55,900 nucleotides of DNA from Thermoplasmata archaeon (GCA_041494275.1 JBGQAM010000001.1:1-55900), one strand, 5' to 3'. Positions 1-10,012 are shown, counted from the first letter of the stretch. Numbers and translations are program-made. Notes: generated by a model not told the origin, from the sequence alone.

Positions 1-2
1 CA

Positions 3-677
3 GAGGAGATCCGAGCCATAGTCTGCAGCAAGACGCTCGTCGCAGGCGTCAACCCAATGTCGCTTGCGCTTCTGAGGCCGCCGGGAGAGATGGGTGCGGA
101 CATCGTGATAGGCGATGCGCAGGTCTTCGGCACGCCGATGAGTCTGGGCGGACCGATGATAGGCATATTCGGCTGTAAGTCGGAGCACGTCAGGAAAATG
201 CCTGGCAGACTCATCGGGATGACATCAGACATCGAAGGAAGGAGAGCCTACTGCATGACTCTCCAGACGAGAGAGCAGCACATCCGAAGAAGCAAGGCGA
301 CATCCAACATATGCACGAACGAAGCACTTCTGGCGCTCGCAGCAGCGGCATATCTGGCATTGGTCGGGAGAAGCGGATTGCGCAAGATCGCAGCGAAGAA
401 TGTGGAGAACATGCACGATCTATCCAAACGTATCAACGAAATCAAAGGCTTCAGAGCTCCTTACTTCAAATCCGCACACTTTAACGAGTTCGTTGTATCA
501 TCGGACATCGACCCTGAGAAGATTCACAAGGGGCTCCTGACCAGAGGCGTGCACGGCGGGCTCGTGCTCGACAAGATGTTCCCCGAACTCAAACACGCGT
601 GCCTCTACGCGACCACCGAGATGCATACGAAGACCGATCACGACAGACTCGTCGCGGCATTGGAGGCCATCAGATGA
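3..677 (+). CDS. gcvPA: Glycine dehydrogenase (decarboxylating) subunit 1, C-terminal part; the 5' end lies outside the window
   Basis: The reading frame is open from the window edge. It contains the TSNICTNEALLALAAAAY motif typical of P-protein subunit 1. The stop TGA at 675-677 overlaps the ATG of gcvPB (ATGA). Confidence 0.85.
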   Translation, partial: EEIRAIVCSKTLVAGVNPMSLALLRPPGEMGADIVIGDAQVFGTPMSLGGPMIGIFGCKSEHVRKMPGRLIGMTSDIEGRRAYCMTLQTREQHIRRSKATSNICTNEALLALAAAAYLALVGRSGLRKIAAKNVENMHDLSKRINEIKGFRAPYFKSAHFNEFVVSSDIDPEKIHKGLLTRGVHGGLVLDKMFPELKHACLYATTEMHTKTDHDRLVAALEAIR

Positions 678-2137
678 CATACCATCAGGCTGTTCACGAG
701 GTCCCGATCCTTTTCGAGAATTGCGAGAAGCCGTCTGAGGAGGACGGGTTCGACCCGACCGTCGGTGGCCTGATTCCTAAAGCGGTCTTGAGGAAGGAAT
801 TGATGATTCCTGACCTGCCAGAGAGAGACGTGGTCAAACACTTTGTGAACTTGTCTCAGATGAATTTCGGCGTCGACAACGGCCTCTATCCGCTCGGCTC
901 CTGCACAATGAAGTACAATCCAAAGATATGTGACGAGATTGCATCGTGGAAAACAGTCGCCGATCTCCACCCCCTGCAAGATCCGTCGACGATACAGGGG
1001 GCTCTGATGCTCATGCACGAGCTCGAGAAGATGTTGTGCGAGATAGGAGGCGTGGATGCTGTCACGCTTCAGCCGGCTGCAGGCGCTCACGGGGAGTACA
1101 CTGGCATCCATCTCGTGAAGGCCTATCACGAAGCCAATGGCGAGACGAGAAGAGAGGTCATATTACCAGACACTGCACACGGTACCAATCCTGCGAGCGC
1201 CGCAATGGTGGGATACGATGTGCTCGATTTGCCTTCCAAAGATGGCTGTGTCGACGTCGAGGCTCTCAAATCAGCCGTCTCCAAGGACACCGCAGCGTTC
1301 ATGCTGACGAATCCCAACACCCTCGGCCTGTTCGAGAAGAACGTCAGAGAGATCGCAGGAATACTGCACGATGCAGGCGCGTTGCTGTACTACGACGGCG
1401 CAAACCTCAACGCGATCATGGGGAAAACCTCCCCTGGCAGAATGGACTTCGACATAGTTCACTTCAACCTCCACAAGACGTTCGCGACTCCTCATGGCGG
1501 GGGCGGCCCTGGAGCGGGCCCGGTTGGCGTCAAGAAGAAACTCGAAGAGTTTCTTCCGATCCCGCGGATAGTTGAGAGCAAGGGCGTCTACTCACTTGAG
1601 AGCAACAGGCCAAAGAGCATCGGCAAAGTGCGGGCCTTCTTCGGCAACTACGCCGTACTCGTGAGGGCGTATGCCTACATCCGGATGCAAGGCGGCAAGG
1701 GCCTTGTCTCGGTCTCCGAGAACGCCGTCCTCAATTCGAACTACCTCAAGGAAAGGTTGAAGGACGACTTCGAGCTCCCCTTCGACAACCTTAGGAAACA
1801 CGAGTTTGTCCTGAGCGGAAGACCGTTGAAAAAGAACGGACTGAGGACGATTGACTTCGCCAAGAGACTCCTGGACTATGGATTTCATGCACCCACGATC
1901 TACTTCCCGCTGATCGTGGACGAAGCGATAATGATCGAGCCGACAGAAACGGAATCGAGGCAGACTCTCGATTTGTTCGTTGATGCCTGCAAGTCGATCC
2001 TGAAGGAGGATCCTGAACTCCTCCACTCCGCCCCTCACAACACTGCACGCCGCAGACTTGACGAGGCCAAGGCGGCCAGGGATATGATCTTCAGCTGGCG
2101 AACATACGAGAAGAAACAGGAAGCTAGTCGCGCTTGA
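674..2137 (+). CDS. gcvPB: Glycine dehydrogenase (decarboxylating) subunit 2
   Basis: Motifs LGSCTMKYNPK and FNLHKTF..PHGGGGPG (PLP-lysine region). The internal ATG at 674 was chosen because it overlaps the gcvPA stop. The longer track ORF from 599 would overlap gcvPA. Confidence 0.9.
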   Translation: MTYHQAVHEVPILFENCEKPSEEDGFDPTVGGLIPKAVLRKELMIPDLPERDVVKHFVNLSQMNFGVDNGLYPLGSCTMKYNPKICDEIASWKTVADLHPLQDPSTIQGALMLMHELEKMLCEIGGVDAVTLQPAAGAHGEYTGIHLVKAYHEANGETRREVILPDTAHGTNPASAAMVGYDVLDLPSKDGCVDVEALKSAVSKDTAAFMLTNPNTLGLFEKNVREIAGILHDAGALLYYDGANLNAIMGKTSPGRMDFDIVHFNLHKTFATPHGGGGPGAGPVGVKKKLEEFLPIPRIVESKGVYSLESNRPKSIGKVRAFFGNYAVLVRAYAYIRMQGGKGLVSVSENAVLNSNYLKERLKDDFELPFDNLRKHEFVLSGRPLKKNGLRTIDFAKRLLDYGFHAPTIYFPLIVDEAIMIEPTETESRQTLDLFVDACKSILKEDPELLHSAPHNTARRRLDEAKAARDMIFSWRTYEKKQEASRA

Positions 2138-2375
2138 ACCGAGCGCAGATGAGAGTCCTGGAGCCGGTTACCCCGGGAATTGTGCGGACCTTGCCGAGGA
2201 CTTCGTCACAAAGGACATCGTAGTCCTTTGTCTCCATCCGTGCGATCAAGTCGAACTGACCGAATAGTTGATGGACCTCCGACAACCCCGGGAGCTTGCG
2301 CATCTGCTCGAGCACATAGCCTTCCTTTCCCGTTGCAGTGGTTATCAGCACATAGGCGACTACCAGAGGTACCAC
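2124..2375 (-). CDS. Small stand-alone Lrp/AsnC ligand-binding (RAM) domain protein
   Basis: AYVLITTATGKEGYVLEQMRKLPGLSEVHQLFGQFDLIARMETKDYDVL... matches the RAM-domain pattern. A GTG start at 2375 is proposed; the track ORF starts at TTG 2441. The 3' end overlaps the gcvPB end by 14 nt (convergent genes). Confidence 0.6.
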   Translation of the reverse strand: MVPLVVAYVLITTATGKEGYVLEQMRKLPGLSEVHQLFGQFDLIARMETKDYDVLCDEVLGKVRTIPGVTGSRTLICARFKRD

Positions 2376-2486
2376 CTGAATTGCCCCGTAAAGCGCTTGT
2401 GCGTACTTATACTCTACCCGCAGGGCCAGGTTTAAATCCAATGCAAATGATTATTTAAGCTCATTGGACAATCTGAGCAAGAAGTC

Positions 2487-3080
2487 ATGAGCGGTTTCGT
2501 GGTCTTGGAAGGAATAGATGGGTGCGGCAAGTCCTCAGTCGCGAGACTGGTCGCGAAGAGACTCGGGACAAAGGCAGTGCTGACGAGAGAACCGACCGAC
2601 TCGTGGCTAGGCAAGGCGGTTCGAAGAGGGGATAGACACAAGGTCAGCCCTTACACCGACGCCCTCCTTTTCATGGCGGATCGAGCTCAGCACACAGAAG
2701 AGATATCGCAACTCCTGTCGAACCGAAAGACCGTGATCTGTGACAGGTACTATCACTCAACAGTCGCCTACCAGACGGCCTACCTGGATGACGTCTTCGT
2801 GGGAGATGCCTTCAGATGGCTCCTCGAAGCAAACCTCAAGATCTCGATCCACCCCGACCTGACCGTGTTCCTTGTAATACCGCCCGAGCTGGGACTGAGG
2901 CGAATAAAGGGCAGATCGAAACTCTCCCGGTTCGAGCGTCTGGCTTTCCTTAGAGAGGTGCACAAGAACTACCTGCGACTAGCGCAACTCGATCCGACCA
3001 TAGTCAAACTGGACGGGACAAAGGACCTTGAGTCGGTCGTCGAAGAAGTCCTCAACCTCGTCAAGGAGAGGAAGATTTAA
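2487..3080 (+). CDS. tmk: Thymidylate kinase
   Basis: P-loop LEGIDGCGKSS and the DRYYHSTVAYQ motif. About 197 aa. An AT-rich TATA-like ATTATTTAAG lies about 30 nt upstream. Confidence 0.85.
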   Translation: MSGFVVLEGIDGCGKSSVARLVAKRLGTKAVLTREPTDSWLGKAVRRGDRHKVSPYTDALLFMADRAQHTEEISQLLSNRKTVICDRYYHSTVAYQTAYLDDVFVGDAFRWLLEANLKISIHPDLTVFLVIPPELGLRRIKGRSKLSRFERLAFLREVHKNYLRLAQLDPTIVKLDGTKDLESVVEEVLNLVKERKI

Positions 3081-3108
3081 GGAGTCGGGCAGACTCACAA
3101 GTGATGTT

Positions 3109-4299
3109 ATGCATCCAGCAGATCACCTAAGAGGTTCAAAGAGCGATAAACTGAAGGGGCGAAAGATCGTCCTGGGAGTGACTGGCAGCATCGCTGCAGT
3201 CGAGACAGTGAAGCTGTGCAGAGAGCTCATCAGGAACGGCGCAGAGGTTCATGTGGTGATGTCGAAGGATGCTCAAACGATCGTGCATCCATGGGCACTC
3301 GAGTTCGCATCTGGCAGAGAGGTCATCACCTGCATCGACGGAGGGGTCCAGCACGTGTCACTCTGCGGAGATGTCCCGGACAAGGCGGACCTTCTGCTGA
3401 TCGCCCCCGCGACCGCGAACACCATATCCAAGATGGCCTGCGGGATTGACGATACTCCTGTGACCACGATGGCGACAACCGCGATTGGAACAGGAATACC
3501 AGTAATCGTGGTCCCAGCGATGCACTACTCGATGATCACCCACAAAATCGTGCTCGAGAACATCAAGAAGCTGAAGAAGCTCGGCGTGGAGTTCCTAAGC
3601 CCCAAGGTAGAGGAGTCGAAGGCCAAGATGCCCTCGATCGACTACATCGTCTCCATGGTGATTGCAGCAATCGGCAAGCGCGATTTGCTGGGACGCAAGG
3701 TCCTGGTCATTGCGGGTTCGACCGAGGAGCCAATAGACGACATCAGAGTCGTGACCAACAGAAGCTCTGGCGAGACCGGGGTCGAACTGGCCAGAGCCGC
3801 TCACGAGAGAGGCGCGACTGTCGAGCTCTGGATGGGCAGAGCGGAGGCTGACCTGCCAGAGCACATAAGCCATAAGAGGTTCTCTTCATTCAATGACCTG
3901 TCAAGAATGATCAGGGCTAAGAGGTTTGACATTGTCTTCTTCCCAGCGGCCGTATCAGACTACTCACCAAGTAAGATCGAGGGGAAGATACCGTCCGACA
4001 AAGCGAAGATCGTCCTCGAAATGAGAAGGAATCCGAAACTCATCGACCATCTGAAGGCTAGGCTGGTTGTGGGATTCAAAGCACAGGCGAGGATAAGCGA
4101 CGGGGAGTTGGTCAGAGATTCATTGATGCTGATCAAGCGGTCGAGGTGTGCGCTGGTCGTCGCCAACAAGATTGAACATGTGAAGCCAGGGAAGACGCGC
4201 GTCGTCCTGGTCGAGAAGAACGGGGACGCTGAAGACGTCGAAGGCACGAAACACCAGGTCGCCGACAAGATCCTGGACAAGGTTGCAAGGATGATGTGA
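3109..4299 (+). CDS. coaBC: Bifunctional phosphopantothenoylcysteine decarboxylase / phosphopantothenate-cysteine ligase
   Basis: N-terminal flavoprotein motifs VLGVTGSIAA and PATANTISKMACGIDD, plus a C-terminal CoaB-like NRSSGETG. The ATG at 3109 was chosen because the longer ORF from 3028 overlaps tmk. Confidence 0.85.
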   Translation: MHPADHLRGSKSDKLKGRKIVLGVTGSIAAVETVKLCRELIRNGAEVHVVMSKDAQTIVHPWALEFASGREVITCIDGGVQHVSLCGDVPDKADLLLIAPATANTISKMACGIDDTPVTTMATTAIGTGIPVIVVPAMHYSMITHKIVLENIKKLKKLGVEFLSPKVEESKAKMPSIDYIVSMVIAAIGKRDLLGRKVLVIAGSTEEPIDDIRVVTNRSSGETGVELARAAHERGATVELWMGRAEADLPEHISHKRFSSFNDLSRMIRAKRFDIVFFPAAVSDYSPSKIEGKIPSDKAKIVLEMRRNPKLIDHLKARLVVGFKAQARISDGELVRDSLMLIKRSRCALVVANKIEHVKPGKTRVVLVEKNGDAEDVEGTKHQVADKILDKVARMM

Positions 4300-5159
4300 T
4301 GAACGCCAGGGCGTTCTGTCCGGGCCATGTCACCGGTTTTTTTCAGATCTGCGAGACCAAAAACATTCTCTCGACAGGATCCAGAGGGGCAGGTCTCTGC
4401 CTGTCGCGCGGTGCAGTATCGTCCATCAGTGTCGAAGAGGCTCAGAGGCAGAGTGTCTCCATCTACCTGAACGGGAAGAAGACTGCTGCTGAGGTCACTA
4501 GGGCTGCCATCAGACGCATGATCGGCAGTGAGAAGGTGAAAGTCAAGGTCAGAACTGCTCTCCAGCTTCCTCAGAGCCAGGGATTTGGAATGAGCGCCGC
4601 GGGAGCGCTCTCTGCTTCGATCGCGCTGGCCGATCTACTCGGAAGGGCTAGACATGAGGCCTTTGAGGCTGCACATATCGCGGAAATTCAGTGCCGATCG
4701 GGACTTGGAGACGTTTCTGCGATTTGGAAAGGCGGAATCACGATCAGGAAGAAGGCTGGCCTTCCGCCGATTGGCGAGGTCCAGCGAATCAAGGGAACGC
4801 CTGAGGTGACGCTCGCGGTGATCGGAAGAAAACTGCTGACAATGAAGGTGCTCGCTGATCCCGCAAAACGAAAGGCGATCAACAGAGGCGGTTCGAGAAA
4901 GGTCGACGAACTCCTCCATGAGCCGACGCTAGAGAAGATGATGGAGCTGTCAGCATCGTTCGCATTTCAGTCTGGCCTGGCGTCCAGAAAGACCATCGAT
5001 GCAATGAACGCGGCATCGAAGCTAGGGATGGCGAGCATGGCCATGTTGGGGAATTCCGTGTTCGCCATAGGTGATTCTACAGGCCAGGCAAAGGTGCTGA
5101 AGGGATATGGAGAGGTCTGGACTTGCAGGGTAACCACCGAGGGACCAAGGGTCCTGTAG
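4299..5159 (+). CDS. Pantoate kinase (archaeal CoA pathway, GHMP kinase fold)
   Basis: AFCPGHVTGFF, GSRGAG, GFGMSAAGALSASIALA and SGLGDVSA motifs are characteristic of archaeal pantoate kinase. The start overlaps the coaBC stop (TGATG); a GTG at 4296 is also possible. Confidence 0.75.
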   Translation: MNARAFCPGHVTGFFQICETKNILSTGSRGAGLCLSRGAVSSISVEEAQRQSVSIYLNGKKTAAEVTRAAIRRMIGSEKVKVKVRTALQLPQSQGFGMSAAGALSASIALADLLGRARHEAFEAAHIAEIQCRSGLGDVSAIWKGGITIRKKAGLPPIGEVQRIKGTPEVTLAVIGRKLLTMKVLADPAKRKAINRGGSRKVDELLHEPTLEKMMELSASFAFQSGLASRKTIDAMNAASKLGMASMAMLGNSVFAIGDSTGQAKVLKGYGEVWTCRVTTEGPRVL

Positions 5160-5228
5160 GAGACAATTATCCGCAAAGTGTCATATATTCTTGAAGCGCT
5201 TCGGCGACTGTCGACCGAGGGTGGATCT

Positions 5229-5675
5229 ATGGAGGAATCGTCGGAGTCAGGCAATTGGGATGCGAGAGCGGACGGCATGAGCCAACTAAGGGAATTGAAC
5301 ACTATGGAGCGCGGCCAAGATTCCAACTACTGGACATCCAGCGCGATCTTGATTGTCGCGAATGCCTTCCTAGTTGCCGAGTTCTTCAGACAAGAAGATC
5401 ACTACCTCGCACGGCTGGCGATATCAATAGTGGGTCTGATGATTGCCGCTGTCATGGTCTTGTTGGTCACTCGTGCCAGACAATACAAGAAGAAATGGCT
5501 CGACAAAGCGAAAGCCCTCGAAAAGGAACTGGGTGTTCCATCGAAATATGCTGTCTGGGAGGACAAAGAGCTCACAGGCTTCTCCGCATCATTTGCGCTG
5601 ATGCTGGCAACGTATGGATTCGTAGTCATGTGGGCATTCTTCGCCGCGTTCGCGGCTTGGAAGCTGGTGCTCTAG
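5229..5675 (+). CDS. Hypothetical membrane protein (3 predicted TM segments)
   Basis: Hydrophobic stretches AILIVANAFLVAEFF, LAISIVGLMIAAVMVLLV and FALMLATYGFVVMWAFFAAFAAW. The ATG at 5229 is preceded by GAGGGTGGA; a GTG at 5178 is also possible. Confidence 0.5.
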   Translation: MEESSESGNWDARADGMSQLRELNTMERGQDSNYWTSSAILIVANAFLVAEFFRQEDHYLARLAISIVGLMIAAVMVLLVTRARQYKKKWLDKAKALEKELGVPSKYAVWEDKELTGFSASFALMLATYGFVVMWAFFAAFAAWKLVL

Positions 5676-5693
5676 GGCCTCTCACACGCCTGC

Positions 5694-5996
5694 TCACTCA
5701 TAAAGCGTGAAGAGTCTATCGTCGCCGCCAACATCGAACAGGCCAAGCCTTGCTCCGCTGTCCAGCCATCCGTGTGCATAGTTGATGCAAGCGAAGGCGT
5801 TCACCAAATCGCCCTTTGCATTGAAATCCTTGGCGTCCTCGAAATACGCTCTGACCATCTTCATGAAATCATCGGCCAGTTTCCGGTTGAAGGACTTCTC
5901 GGGAGCGGCGATCTTTGCCTTGTTGAGTGCCTCTGAGGTCAACTTGATGTAGCGTTCAACACGCTCTTCAGATATCGTTACCCCTTTCGCGGACAT
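5694..5996 (-). CDS. DUF357-family archaeal protein
   Basis: 100 aa, helical. The YFEDAKDF..KGDLVNAFACINYAHGWLDSGARLG pattern is typical of DUF357. It starts 5 nt after the HerA-like stop. Confidence 0.6.
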   Translation of the reverse strand: MSAKGVTISEERVERYIKLTSEALNKAKIAAPEKSFNRKLADDFMKMVRAYFEDAKDFNAKGDLVNAFACINYAHGWLDSGARLGLFDVGGDDRLFTLYE

Positions 5997-6001
5997 CGTT
6001 C

Positions 6002-7591
6002 CTACCCTTTCGAAGGGATGACCTCGACGCTCTCTCCGCCGTGCTTCGACTCCCTCGGCCTGATCTCGACCAGCAGTGGCATGGAAACGCCTCCTCCTGT
6101 GATGATCGCACTTCCGATTGGGAGCCTCTGTATCTCTTCTTCCATGCCCTCAGTGAGACCCTCGATCGAGGCGGATATCGCGGTCAGATCGTTCGGGTTC
6201 GTCACCTTCAGGATAATCTGTGTATTGCACTGGCTAAGGACGTTCTTGTCGATCTTCGCCGCCCTTTGGGTGATGACCATGAGACCCAGACCGAACTTCC
6301 TCCCTTCGGACGCGATTGTCCTGAATACCTTGGAGCAAGCGACCTGCCCCTGTTGCGGACAGAAGTTGTGGGCCTCCTCCACGACAAGCATCATAGGAGG
6401 TATCTTGTCCACCTTCCTGAGCTCGAACAAGGCATTTCCGATCCTGTTGATTATTAGTTGCTGGATGTCAGGCGGCGTACCACGGAGATTGATTATCGTG
6501 CACTTGCCTTTCTGCAGGAGTTCGTCTATCTTCGTGCCCTGCTCAGCGAAGATATCGATCTCGTTCAGGTACTCGAGCTCACTGACCAAGACGCCGCTGG
6601 ATGCTTCTCCGCTTTGCTCGAGAACCGCGATTATGTCGTTTATCGTGTAGCTGCCCTTGGTCTCCTTCAGGATGTCGATGGCCTTTCGCAGCATCGTTAG
6701 GAAGTTACGCACATTCTTTATGTTCGTGAGCCCGAGGATCTCCCTCGCGTCAAGGTTGTGGAGAGTGAACTTGAGCGGCTTCGCGCCCTTGTTTATGGCT
6801 GGATCGGTCGCATATTCCAGTATTCTGTCATCATAGCCCTTCGGCGTCACGCCGAAGTCCCGCGTCGTTTTCTTGACAGTTCCCTTGTGCTTCATGCTGG
6901 AGTACTCGCCATGCGGGTCGACCACGCACACGGTCACGTTGTGCTTCATTAGTTCTTCGATTATTGCGCCTGAACAGTATGATTTGCCGCCTCCTGTCTT
7001 GCTCAGGATGCATACGTGCTTCTGAACCATGACGTTGATGTCGAGCTCGATGCGGACGTTGTGACCTGAGAGGAGGCCGATGTACGCCCCGGCTTCGTTG
7101 TTCTCCTTTATGCCTATGACGCTTTTGATGAGCTCCTCCTTTGCTCGGTACACGATGGAGCCAGCCTTCAGAGGCGTTCGGGGAACCTGCAAGAGATTCC
7201 TATCGTCTCTGTAGCCTATCACCGAAATCGCAGCTGTCTGCTTCTCCTCTATCGCGACTGGCGTGCCATCTTTCATTCCCACTGCGCCGTCTATGGTCAA
7301 GTTGGTCTTGTTCTCGACCTCGGACACCTGCCCAAGGACCCAGCCGTCGAGATCGTGCTTGACTTGGACGTATTCCATCTTCTCTAGAGGGTTCGTCACA
7401 CCGCAGTTGAAGTTCAAGGTTCCGACATTCCCGTAGACTATCGCCACGGGCTCGAGCCCGTCCGGTTGCTTCCTCAGGATCAGACCTCGGCGCTTCGCCT
7501 CTGAAGAGCCGCGGACTCCTGCTGGAGCAGGGGTCCCTGATGGCACCTGCTGAGAGGGGTAGGACTGGCCAATACTCTCGTTCAACTGCAT
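6002..7591 (-). CDS. HerA-like (DUF87) FtsK/HerA-superfamily ATPase
   Basis: Walker A SKTGGGKSY and Walker B MLVVEEAHNF, with an N-terminal barrel-like region. 529 aa. No NurA-like gene is adjacent. Confidence 0.75.
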   Translation of the reverse strand: MQLNESIGQSYPSQQVPSGTPAPAGVRGSSEAKRRGLILRKQPDGLEPVAIVYGNVGTLNFNCGVTNPLEKMEYVQVKHDLDGWVLGQVSEVENKTNLTIDGAVGMKDGTPVAIEEKQTAAISVIGYRDDRNLLQVPRTPLKAGSIVYRAKEELIKSVIGIKENNEAGAYIGLLSGHNVRIELDINVMVQKHVCILSKTGGGKSYCSGAIIEELMKHNVTVCVVDPHGEYSSMKHKGTVKKTTRDFGVTPKGYDDRILEYATDPAINKGAKPLKFTLHNLDAREILGLTNIKNVRNFLTMLRKAIDILKETKGSYTINDIIAVLEQSGEASSGVLVSELEYLNEIDIFAEQGTKIDELLQKGKCTIINLRGTPPDIQQLIINRIGNALFELRKVDKIPPMMLVVEEAHNFCPQQGQVACSKVFRTIASEGRKFGLGLMVITQRAAKIDKNVLSQCNTQIILKVTNPNDLTAISASIEGLTEGMEEEIQRLPIGSAIITGGGVSMPLLVEIRPRESKHGGESVEVIPSKG

Positions 7592-7702
7592 CCCATCCGA
7601 CTATCCAATATAACACGATAGATTATATTAATGCTTTCGCCAGGGGCAGAGAGTCGCGCTCAAATTATAAGAGAAGGGACTACATTCCCCGCTCAGGATA
7701 TC

Positions 7703-8557
7703 ATGTTCGTAGTCGGGGGGTCAGCGTCTCAGCTCCTCTCCAAGGAGCTGGCGAAGAGTCTCAAGGCGAAGCTGGCAAAGGTGGAGACCAGACGTTTTCC
7801 GGATGACGAATGCTATGTCAGAATCGACGATGACCTCGATGATCAAGAGGTGTTCCTGGTGCAGACCTCCTGGCCCGACAAGAATATCGTGGAGTTGTTC
7901 CTGCTTCAAGATGCGATCAGGGAATTCGATGTCGATTCGCTCACGACCGTGGTGCCCTATTTCGGATACGCTCGCCAGGACAAGCAGTTCAAACCTGGTG
8001 AACCGATAAGCGCGCGCATACTCGCGCGACTGATGCAATTGAATACGGACGCTTTCATGACGGTCGACGTCCATGCCCCGAAAGTCATCGACTGGTTCGG
8101 CAACATCTCCGCCAAGAACGTCGCGGCGTATCCCGAGATAGGCAGGTATCTCAAGGGGAAGGGGATCGAGCTCATTCTGTCGCCCGATGAGGGAAGAGCA
8201 GACAACGCCAAGAGAGTGGCAGATGTAGTGAACTGCGAGGCCGACTTCCTCGTCAAGGAGCGTCTCGACGGGGAGAATGTCAGGATCACCCCGAAGAGAC
8301 TCGACGCAAAGGGAAAGAAGGTCGCCATCGTGGATGACATAATATCAACTGGCGGAACAATAATCAAAGCCGCGGAGCAGCTGCGCAAGCAGAATGCAGC
8401 GAAGATCTACGCTGTGTGCACTCATGGAGTGTTCTCGGGTGACGCGATTTCCAAGTTAGAGGCCGTTTGTGACGACATATGCACAACGGACACGATTGAG
8501 AACCCGAAGACCTGCATCAGCGTGGCCCCCCAGATAGCCAGGATGGCCAAGGAATGA
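7703..8557 (+). CDS. prs: Ribose-phosphate pyrophosphokinase
   Basis: RRFPDDECYVRI, VDVHAP and the PRPP-binding loop VDDIISTGGT. The internal ATG at 7703 (MFVVGG...) is preferred over 7631. Confidence 0.85.
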   Translation: MFVVGGSASQLLSKELAKSLKAKLAKVETRRFPDDECYVRIDDDLDDQEVFLVQTSWPDKNIVELFLLQDAIREFDVDSLTTVVPYFGYARQDKQFKPGEPISARILARLMQLNTDAFMTVDVHAPKVIDWFGNISAKNVAAYPEIGRYLKGKGIELILSPDEGRADNAKRVADVVNCEADFLVKERLDGENVRITPKRLDAKGKKVAIVDDIISTGGTIIKAAEQLRKQNAAKIYAVCTHGVFSGDAISKLEAVCDDICTTDTIENPKTCISVAPQIARMAKE

Positions 8558-8609
8558 TCCTCGGACGACCAAAAGCTACATAAGTCTCTCTCCGTTTCCA
8601 GACTACATC

Positions 8610-10007
8610 ATGAAGAAGGCAGAGGACTTCAGCGAGTGGTACAACGAGATAGTCGAAAAGGCGAACCTGACCGACAAGCGTTACCCGATAAAGGGGATGA
8701 ACGTCTGGACGCCCTACGGCTGGAAGATCATGCAGGCGATTGACTCCCACATTAGGCAGGAGTTCGACGCCACTAACCACCAGGAAGTCTGCTTTCCGCT
8801 ACTCATCCCAGAGGACCAGTTCGCCAAGGAGAAGGCGCATATCAAAGGCTTCGATTCGGAGGTGTTCTGGGTCACACATGCTGGCTTGAATCCGTTGGAC
8901 GTCAAGCTGTTGCTCAGACCCACAAGTGAGACTGCCATGTATCCGATCTTCGCGCTTTGGGTCAGGTCTCACGCTGACTTGCCGCTGAAGACCTACCAGA
9001 TCGTGAACACATTCAGGTACGAGACGAAGCAGACGCGAGCTTTCATCCGGGTCAGAGAGATCCACTTCTTCGAATCCCACACCTGCCATGCTGATTTCGA
9101 GGATGCGGAGAAACAGGTGAAAGAGGATTTCGACATTCTATCCATTCTCGCAAAGAAGTGGTGTCTACCGTACAAACTGCTGAAGAGGACTGACTGGGAC
9201 AAATTCCCAGGCGCGAGCTACACCGTCGGGATCGACACCTTTCTCCCATCCGGACGAAGCCTGCAGCTCGGTTCCATCCACCAGTACATGGAGAACTTCT
9301 CGAGGCCGTACGATATCAAGTACGAGGATGAGAAGGGCGAGCACAGATACGTCCACCAGACAACCTTCGGTATGAGCGAGAGACTAGTGGGAGCGGTCGT
9401 TGCTGTTCACGGAGACGACAAGGGCCTCGTTCTGCCGCCGGATGTCGCTACGAACCAGGCAGTGATCATACCAGTCCTGGCAAAGGGCGAGACCGAGAAG
9501 GTAACCAAGGCAGCAAGAGACCTCCACGATGAGCTCAAGTCAAGCGGCATAAGAGTGCACCTCGATGAGCGTGATGTCAGACCTGGAGTCAAGTACTACG
9601 ATTGGGAACTGAAGGGCGTGCCGCTCAGGCTCGAGCTCGGAAAGAGAGACATTGAGCAGGACAAAGTCACATTCGTCAGACGAGACACGGGCGACAAGTC
9701 ACTGAGGAATCGGAATCATATCGTCAGGGAAGTCAGAGACATGCTCGCTCTGATAGCGAGCGAGATGCTCGCCAGAGCCACGAAAGAAATGACGGCGAAC
9801 ACTGTGACGGTCGAATCGCTGGCTAGCCTACCAGAGAAGATGATCCGAACAGGCTGGTGCGGTGAGGAAAGCTGCGGACACGAGATTGAGTCTCGGTCCG
9901 ATAGGAACATCCTCGGCACTCCTGTCGACGGCGAGCACTTCTCAGGCAATTGCGTGGTTTGCGGCAAACCGACGAAGACTTCAGTCTACCTTGCCAGGGC
10001 CATGTAG
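8610..10007 (+). CDS. proS: Prolyl-tRNA synthetase (archaeal/eukaryal type)
   Basis: The N-terminus FSEWYNEIVEKANL..YPIKGM, class II motifs and a C-terminal zinc-like CG..C...CVVCG. 465 aa. Confidence 0.9.
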   Translation: MKKAEDFSEWYNEIVEKANLTDKRYPIKGMNVWTPYGWKIMQAIDSHIRQEFDATNHQEVCFPLLIPEDQFAKEKAHIKGFDSEVFWVTHAGLNPLDVKLLLRPTSETAMYPIFALWVRSHADLPLKTYQIVNTFRYETKQTRAFIRVREIHFFESHTCHADFEDAEKQVKEDFDILSILAKKWCLPYKLLKRTDWDKFPGASYTVGIDTFLPSGRSLQLGSIHQYMENFSRPYDIKYEDEKGEHRYVHQTTFGMSERLVGAVVAVHGDDKGLVLPPDVATNQAVIIPVLAKGETEKVTKAARDLHDELKSSGIRVHLDERDVRPGVKYYDWELKGVPLRLELGKRDIEQDKVTFVRRDTGDKSLRNRNHIVREVRDMLALIASEMLARATKEMTANTVTVESLASLPEKMIRTGWCGEESCGHEIESRSDRNILGTPVDGEHFSGNCVVCGKPTKTSVYLARAM

Positions 10008-10012
10008 TGGGC

